Shown piece after piece: positions 29,008-34,425 of a DNA stretch of 34,425 nt. The DNA is taken from positions 1 to 34,425 of the forward strand of contig DATBQV010000372.1 in the NCBI GenBank assembly GCA_036560625.1. Direction: 5' to 3'. Below the pieces are notes generated by a model. It had not been told where the DNA came from. It searched no databases and saw only the letters and a program-made list of their open reading frames with translations. The position numbers and the translations under genes were made by a program. This DNA comes from Gemmatimonadales bacterium (GTDB lineage Bacteria; Gemmatimonadota; Gemmatimonadetes; Gemmatimonadales; GWC2-71-9). Each line of letters starts with the position of its first letter. Position 1 is the stretch's first letter.

Positions 29008-31653
29008 GTGAGTCGCTTGTGTATTGCCCTCGCGTATCTCACGGGCTCCGTTCTCGCCGCCGCTCCCCGCCTCGCCGCGCAGCTCGAGCCGCCGTCAACG
29101 GGCGGCCTCGTCGCCATCGACCACGAGCTCCGACTCCTCGGCCACTACAAGCGCGTGCTGGTGATCGGCGCGCATCCTGACGACGAGGATACCGAGCTGC
29201 TCACCGTGCTCGTGCGCGGTGAAGGTGCGGAGGCCGCGTATCTCTCGCTCAACCGGGGCGAGGGCGGCCAGAACGTGATCGGCCCCGAGCTGGGCGAGGC
29301 GCTCGGTCTGCTGCGGACCGAGGAGTTGCTGGCGGCGCGACGCCTGGATGGCGCGCGCCAGTTTTTCAGCCGAGCCTACGACTTCGGCTTCTCCAAGACG
29401 CAGGATGAGACCTGGACCCACTGGCCCCGCGACTCCGTGCTCAAGGACGTCGTGCGCATCGTGCGGCGGTTCCGGCCGCAGATCATCGTCTCGGTCTTCA
29501 GCGGCACGCCGAGGGACGGGCACGGGCAGCACCAGGCGGCGGGCTGGGCCGCCCAGGAGGCGTTCCGTATCGCGGGCGACGCGACCCGGTTTCCCGAGCT
29601 GGCGAGCGAGGGCCTGAAGCCGTGGAGCCCGCTCAAGCTGTACCGCAGCACCCGGTTCGACAGCGCGGCCACGACGCTCGTGCTCGAGGGCGGCGTCCTC
29701 GACTCGGCGGTGGGCAAGTCCTATCACCAGATTGCCATGGCCGGGCGGAGCCTGCACCGATCCCAGGACATGGGACAGTTGCAGCGTATCGGCCCCTCGC
29801 TGGTGCGCCTGCGCCTCGCCGAGGATCGCACCGGCCGGGGTGGTGACGGGCTCTGGGCCGGGATCGACACCACGCTCGCCGGGATGGCCGCGGTCGCCGG
29901 CCCGGGCGCCGGGTCGCCCGCGCTGTGGGATTCGCTCGCCGCGGAGATCGAGAGCTACCGGCGGTCGCGCTCGCCGGCGCTGACGGCGACGCTGGACCGG
30001 TTCGCCTCGGCGTTGCCGCAGACCGGCGGGGAGGGGGCGGTGCGCGTCGGCGTCGCGACCGCGGAGCAGTGGGACCAGCTGACCCGGCTCCAGCGCGCGA
30101 TCCAGCTCGCGTCGGACGTGGTGTGTGACCCGGTGGCCGACGACCAGCGGGTCGTGCCGGGGCAAGTGTTGCATGTCGTGGTCACCTGCTGGAACGCGGG
30201 GGCGCGTTCCGTAACCGTTCCCCTCGTCGGTGTTCGCGGTAACGCGACCTGGCCCTGGCTCCACGCCTCGCAGGACGGCGGGCCGATCCAGCCGGGTGGC
30301 GTCGTAAGCTGGACCTTCGACATCGCGATTCCGGACAGCGCGGCCCCGACGCGGCCGTATTTCCTCGATCGGCCACGAAACGGTGATCTCTACACGTGGC
30401 CGACGGGGCCGGCGGATCTGCTCGGTGCACCGTTCGACGACCCGCTCATCACCGCGGAGTTCGGCGTCGACATCGAGCCGCGCGAAGCCTCGTTTCGCTA
30501 TCGCGACCAGACGGCGGGCGAGGTCCGACGGCCCATCACGGTCGTGCCGCGGATCGACGTGAAGATCGACCCCGACACGCTGGTCTGGCCGGCGGCGGCA
30601 CGAGAGAGCCGGCGCTTCACGGTGACGCTGACGCACGGCGCCCGCGACACGACCACCGGCACGGTCCGGCTGGTGGCACCCAGCGGCTGGGTCGTCGGGT
30701 CGCCCCAGTCGTTCACGTTCGGCCGGGAGGACGAGACGCGCACGTTCGCCTTCGACGTCCGACCCCCGGTGACTGCCCACCCCGGCGTCGTAAGGATTCG
30801 GGCGGAGGCCGAGGATCGCGCGGGGCGCCGCTACGGGACGGGCGTGTTCGCGGTGGACTATCCCCACATTCGCCCGCGCACGTTCGCTCGGCCCGCTGCC
30901 GCCACCGTGCGGGTGGCGCCGCTGGCGTTGCCGCGACTCGCGCGCGTCGGCTACGTCCGCGGCGCGGCCGACCGAGTGCCCGAGGCGCTCCGGAGCGTCG
31001 GAGTGCCGGTGACGCTCATCGATGCGCCGATGCTCGAGCGCGGTGATCTCTCGCGGTTCGATGCGATCGTGATCGGAAGCCGCGCGTACGAAACCGAGCC
31101 GGCTCTCGTGAGCCACAATGGGCGGATCCTCGACTATGCCCGCCGGGGAGGGCTCGTGCTGGTGCAATACCAGCAGTACGACTTCTTCACCCGCGGATAC
31201 GCGCCGTTTCCGATGACCGTAGGCGGCCAGCCGCTCCGGCTCGAAGCGATCACCCGGGGTGGTGGACCCGCCGGAGCGGCGGCCCCGGCCGTGCGTGCCG
31301 CGGCTCCGGTGAGCCACGATCGCGTGACCGACGAGAACGCGCCCGTCCGCGTGCTCCAGCCGACCAGCCCGGTGTTCCGGGTGCCGAACCGGATCGGCCC
31401 CGATGATTGGGCGGGTTGGGTCCAGGAGCGCGGGCTCTATTTCGCCCACAGTTGGGATCGAGCGTACGTGCCGCTCCTCGAAACGCACGATCCCGGCGAG
31501 GGGCCGCTCGAGGGAGCGGTCCTCGTGGCCCACGTCGGAAAGGGGACGTATGTGTATACCGGACTCAGCTTCTTCCGGCAGCTGCCCGCGGGCGTCCCCG
31601 GTGCCTACCGTCTGTTCGCCAACCTGCTCGCGCTGGCGTCACCGTCGCATTGA
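29008..31653 (+). CDS. Large PIG-L/LmbE-family (N-acetylglucosaminyl deacetylase-like) protein with a signal peptide and a long C-terminal extension
   Basis: 881 aa with a GTG start. The signal-like N-terminus (LCIALAYLTGSVLAAAPRLAAQ) is followed by the LmbE motif VLVIGAHPDDEDTE, then NRGEGGQN and GHGQHQA. About 600 further residues have no function I can assign. Confidence 0.85.
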   Translation: MSRLCIALAYLTGSVLAAAPRLAAQLEPPSTGGLVAIDHELRLLGHYKRVLVIGAHPDDEDTELLTVLVRGEGAEAAYLSLNRGEGGQNVIGPELGEALGLLRTEELLAARRLDGARQFFSRAYDFGFSKTQDETWTHWPRDSVLKDVVRIVRRFRPQIIVSVFSGTPRDGHGQHQAAGWAAQEAFRIAGDATRFPELASEGLKPWSPLKLYRSTRFDSAATTLVLEGGVLDSAVGKSYHQIAMAGRSLHRSQDMGQLQRIGPSLVRLRLAEDRTGRGGDGLWAGIDTTLAGMAAVAGPGAGSPALWDSLAAEIESYRRSRSPALTATLDRFASALPQTGGEGAVRVGVATAEQWDQLTRLQRAIQLASDVVCDPVADDQRVVPGQVLHVVVTCWNAGARSVTVPLVGVRGNATWPWLHASQDGGPIQPGGVVSWTFDIAIPDSAAPTRPYFLDRPRNGDLYTWPTGPADLLGAPFDDPLITAEFGVDIEPREASFRYRDQTAGEVRRPITVVPRIDVKIDPDTLVWPAAARESRRFTVTLTHGARDTTTGTVRLVAPSGWVVGSPQSFTFGREDETRTFAFDVRPPVTAHPGVVRIRAEAEDRAGRRYGTGVFAVDYPHIRPRTFARPAAATVRVAPLALPRLARVGYVRGAADRVPEALRSVGVPVTLIDAPMLERGDLSRFDAIVIGSRAYETEPALVSHNGRILDYARRGGLVLVQYQQYDFFTRGYAPFPMTVGGQPLRLEAITRGGGPAGAAAPAVRAAAPVSHDRVTDENAPVRVLQPTSPVFRVPNRIGPDDWAGWVQERGLYFAHSWDRAYVPLLETHDPGEGPLEGAVLVAHVGKGTYVYTGLSFFRQLPAGVPGAYRLFANLLALASPSH

Positions 31654-32684
31654 CCGGCTTCGGAGCCTGGCGCCTCCCCGCCGTGCTCACCGTCGCGCTG
31701 GCGGCCTGCGCCGCCGACCCGCGCACGCCGCTGCTGCTGTACTCGCCCCACGGGCGTGATCAGCTGACCCTGCTCGAGCACGAATTCGAGCGGCGCCGGC
31801 CCGACATCGATGTGCGCTGGCTGGATATGGGGAGCCAGGAGATTCTCGATCGCCTGCGCTTCGAGCGGGTCAACCCGCAGGCCGACGTCTGGTTCGGCGG
31901 CCCGACGACGCTCTTCGACCGCGGGGTCGAGGATTCCCTGCTCGCGCCATTCCGCCCGGCCTGGGCGGAGCACGTCGGTCCTGAAGGGGTGGGCCCGGAC
32001 GATCTCTACTACCCGGTGTATCGCACGCCAGCGGTGATCGCGTTCAACAGCCGCGCCGTCAAGCGCGATGATGCGCCGGCGGACTGGGACGATGTGCTCG
32101 CCCCGCGCTGGCACGACGAGGTGCTGATCCGCGATCCGATGGCCAGCGGAACGATGCGCGCCATCTGGGGGTTGTTCATCCAGCGCAGCATCCGATCCAC
32201 CGGCGATACCGCAGCAGCCTGGGCCTGGCTCCGCCGCCTCGACGCTCAAACCCGTGCCTACACGCTCAATCCTGCCGTGCTCGACGCCAAGCTCGCCCGG
32301 CAGGAGGGGCTGGTGACGCTCTGGGACCTCCCGGACATCCTGATCAGCCGGTCCAAGGGGATGCCCTTCGATTACACCTTCCCCCGCAGCGGCACGGTCG
32401 TCATCGACGACGCCATCGGGCTCGTGCGCGGCAGCCGGCACGCCGAGGCGGCCAAGGCGTTCATCGATTTCGTGGGGAGCGTGGAGGGGCAGCTCCTCGC
32501 GGCGCGACGGGTTTACCGTCTCCCGGCGCGGCAGGACCTTCCCGCGGATTCGGTTCCCCCCTGGGTCGCCGACGTCGAGCGGGAGATGGTCGTGGCGGAC
32601 GTGGACTGGTCCCTGCTGGCCAAGGAGGGCGCCGGCTGGATGAGCTACTGGGACCGCCACGTGCGCGGGAGCGGCCGGCACTGA
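31650..32684 (+). CDS. ABC transporter periplasmic substrate-binding lipoprotein (iron(III)/polyamine/thiamine-type family 1 SBP)
   Basis: A lipoprotein-like signal (TGFGAWRLPAVLTVALAAC) is followed by LLLYSPHG...LLEHEFERRRPDIDVRWLDMGSQEILDRL and DVWFGGP. The start is proposed at TTG 31650, overlapping the upstream stop (TTGA). The start is uncertain. Confidence 0.78.
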   Translation: MTGFGAWRLPAVLTVALAACAADPRTPLLLYSPHGRDQLTLLEHEFERRRPDIDVRWLDMGSQEILDRLRFERVNPQADVWFGGPTTLFDRGVEDSLLAPFRPAWAEHVGPEGVGPDDLYYPVYRTPAVIAFNSRAVKRDDAPADWDDVLAPRWHDEVLIRDPMASGTMRAIWGLFIQRSIRSTGDTAAAWAWLRRLDAQTRAYTLNPAVLDAKLARQEGLVTLWDLPDILISRSKGMPFDYTFPRSGTVVIDDAIGLVRGSRHAEAAKAFIDFVGSVEGQLLAARRVYRLPARQDLPADSVPPWVADVEREMVVADVDWSLLAKEGAGWMSYWDRHVRGSGRH

Positions 32685-33760
32685 TGTCCTTCCTCACGGT
32701 GGAAGGCCTCAGCCGGCGGTTCGGCGGCACAACGGCGGTGGACGACGTCTCGCTCGGCATCGCGCGGGGCGAAGTGCTCGCGCTGCTGGGGCCGAGCGGC
32801 AGTGGCAAGACGACGACCCTGCGACTGCTCGCAGGATTCGAGACACCGGACGCCGGGCACGTCAGCGTCGACGGCCTCGACGTGACCCGGGCCCCGCCGG
32901 TCACGCGCCGGTTCGGCATGGTGTTTCAGCACTACGCGCTGTTTCCCCACCTCGACGTGCGCGGCAACGTCGCTTTCGGCCTCGAGTCGCTTGGTGTCCC
33001 GGCGGCCGAGCTCGAGCGACGCGTGACCGCTGCCCTGGAGCTGGTGGACCTCCGCGGATTCGAGCGGCGAAGGATCGCGCAGCTTTCGGGCGGACAGCAG
33101 CAGCGGGTCGCGCTGGCGCGTGCGCTCGCACCAGAGCCCCGCGTGCTCCTGCTCGACGAGCCGTTGTCCAACCTCGACCCCGCCCTTCGGGAACGCACTC
33201 GGCGGGAGCTGCGCGATCTGATTCACCGCATCGGCATCACCACCGTGCTGGTCACGCACGAGCAGGAGGAAGCGTTCGACCTCGGTGACCGGGTGGCGGT
33301 GCTGCGCGCGGGACGACTGGAGCAGGTGGGCACGCCCGACGAGCTGTACGGCGCGCCCGCCAATCCCTTCGTCGCCGCGTTCGTGGGGCGGGCCTCGACC
33401 ATCGACGGCGTGGTGGTCGAGCGGATGGACGGCGGCACGCGGGTGCGGGTCGAGGGCGTCGAGTGGGGCGTGCCCTCGGAAGCTGGTGTGCAGCAGGGCC
33501 TCACGGTCGGACAGCGGGTCCGCCTGCTCCTCCGGCCTGAGGCGGTCTGGATGGCGCGGCCCGAACCCGGCGCGCTCATGGCGGTTGTCGAGTTGCGCCG
33601 ATTCACCGGCGCCACGTCGCTCTTCAGCGTGCGGACCGATCGCGGCACCACGCTCGAGGTGAGCGGTCCCAGCCGGCAGATCTCCGTGGGGGAGCGCGTT
33701 GGACTGGTGCCGAGTCGCCGGGCGGGAGGCGGGATTCACTTGTTCCCGGCGGAGCCGTGA
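32684..33760 (+). CDS. ABC transporter ATP-binding protein (FbpC/PotA-like importer ATPase)
   Basis: Walker A LLGPSGSGKTT, Q-loop VFQHYALFPHL, signature LSGGQQQRVALARAL and Walker B VLLLDEP, plus a C-terminal TOBE-like tail. The ATG overlaps the SBP stop (TGATG). Confidence 0.92.
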   Translation: MSFLTVEGLSRRFGGTTAVDDVSLGIARGEVLALLGPSGSGKTTTLRLLAGFETPDAGHVSVDGLDVTRAPPVTRRFGMVFQHYALFPHLDVRGNVAFGLESLGVPAAELERRVTAALELVDLRGFERRRIAQLSGGQQQRVALARALAPEPRVLLLDEPLSNLDPALRERTRRELRDLIHRIGITTVLVTHEQEEAFDLGDRVAVLRAGRLEQVGTPDELYGAPANPFVAAFVGRASTIDGVVVERMDGGTRVRVEGVEWGVPSEAGVQQGLTVGQRVRLLLRPEAVWMARPEPGALMAVVELRRFTGATSLFSVRTDRGTTLEVSGPSRQISVGERVGLVPSRRAGGGIHLFPAEP

Positions 33761-34425
33761 CCGGAGAGGCGCGTCGCGCGCCGCGGGGCCAGCTGGTGGC
33801 GTGGGCGCTGCTGCTCGCGCTGGCGTGGCTGGTGGTGTACCCGCTCGGGCTCGTATTGCTCGAGGCGGTGCACTCCGGCGGCGGCTGGACGGCGGAGTAT
33901 GTGCGACAGTTCGCTCGGCGGCCGAACGAATGGCAGGCACTCTGGGGCAGCCTGTGGATCTCGGTCGCCAGCGTCGCGCTGGCTGGACTCGTGGGCATCC
34001 CGCTCGCGGTGCTGGTGACGCGTTACGATTTTCCCGGCCGCCGCCTCCTCGGGGCGGTGATCGCGCTGCCCGCCGTTCTTCCGCCGCTGGTCGGCGTGAT
34101 CGCGTTTCTCTTTCTCTACGGCGAATCCGGCTTCGTCGCACGCGCGGTGCAGGCGCTCTTCCGGCTGGACGAGGCGCCGTGGCGGCTCGAGGGTGCCGCC
34201 GCGATCCTGCTGGTCCATGCGTACTCGATGTACGTCTACTTCTATCTCTTCACCCGCGCCGCCCTGCTGTCGCTGGACGGCTCGATGCTGGAGGCCGCGG
34301 CGAGTCTTGGCGCCGGGCGGTGGCGCACGATTCGGCGCGTCGTGCTTCCGGCGCTCCGCCCCGCGCTCACCGGCGGCGCGCTGCTCACCTTCATGACGGC
34401 GTTGGCCTCCTTCAGCGCCCCCTAC
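33757..34425 (+). CDS. ABC transporter permease (partial; runs off the 3' end of the window)
   Basis: My own translation from GTG 33757 (a GTGA overlap with the ATPase stop) stays open to the window end. It gives VTGEARRAPRGQLVAWALLLALAWLVVYPL..., hydrophobic segments, and the EAA-loop motif LEAAASLGAGRWRTIRRVVLPALRP. Confidence 0.85.
   Translation, partial: MTGEARRAPRGQLVAWALLLALAWLVVYPLGLVLLEAVHSGGGWTAEYVRQFARRPNEWQALWGSLWISVASVALAGLVGIPLAVLVTRYDFPGRRLLGAVIALPAVLPPLVGVIAFLFLYGESGFVARAVQALFRLDEAPWRLEGAAAILLVHAYSMYVYFYLFTRAALLSLDGSMLEAAASLGAGRWRTIRRVVLPALRPALTGGALLTFMTALASFSAPY

Overview
This is a visibly GC-rich bacterial chromosomal segment with strong GC3 bias (GC content was not computed). 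It is tightly packed with housekeeping and central-metabolism genes. Many neighbours are joined by ATGA/GTGA/TTGA-type start/stop overlaps, which suggests translational coupling. All product calls come from reading motifs by eye; no BLAST or HMM search was possible.

Gene order:
- aguB (-)
- A glycogen cluster that uses two GH57 enzymes: glgP, glgA, GH57 branching enzyme, GH57 glucanotransferase (-)
- ettA (-)
- A CrtI-family desaturase (+)
- A small Lys-rich SWIB-domain protein (-)
- An exported PQQ-type sugar dehydrogenase, overlapped by an exported BCP/PrxQ peroxiredoxin (+)
- thrA-thrB-thrC, followed by a KaiC-like multidomain protein and a tiny membrane protein (-)
- pntAA-pntAB-pntB (-)
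- A short sigma-70 (+)
- acnA (-)
- DUF971 plus two small membrane proteins (+)
- A large PIG-L/LmbE-family protein, overlapped by an ABC importer: binding protein, ATPase, and a permease truncated by the window end (+)

I saw no rRNA, tRNA, CRISPR array, transposase, integrase, phage or recognisable defence genes.

Most noteworthy observations:
1. The peroxiredoxin reading frame is interrupted by a single in-frame TGA exactly at the peroxidatic-Cys position, with a hairpin 15 nt downstream. It is a candidate selenoprotein rather than two ORFs or a pseudogene.
2. Three long hairpins are built from tandem heptanucleotide repeats (GTGAGAR / GTAAGAG / GTGAACR units). Each abuts or overlaps a stop codon.
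3. A KaiC-like ATPase fused to a pseudo-receiver and an unassigned C-terminal domain is translationally coupled to thrC.

The taxon cannot be determined from the sequence. The compact sigma-70 and gene content are compatible with something like Gemmatimonadota, but that is a guess.
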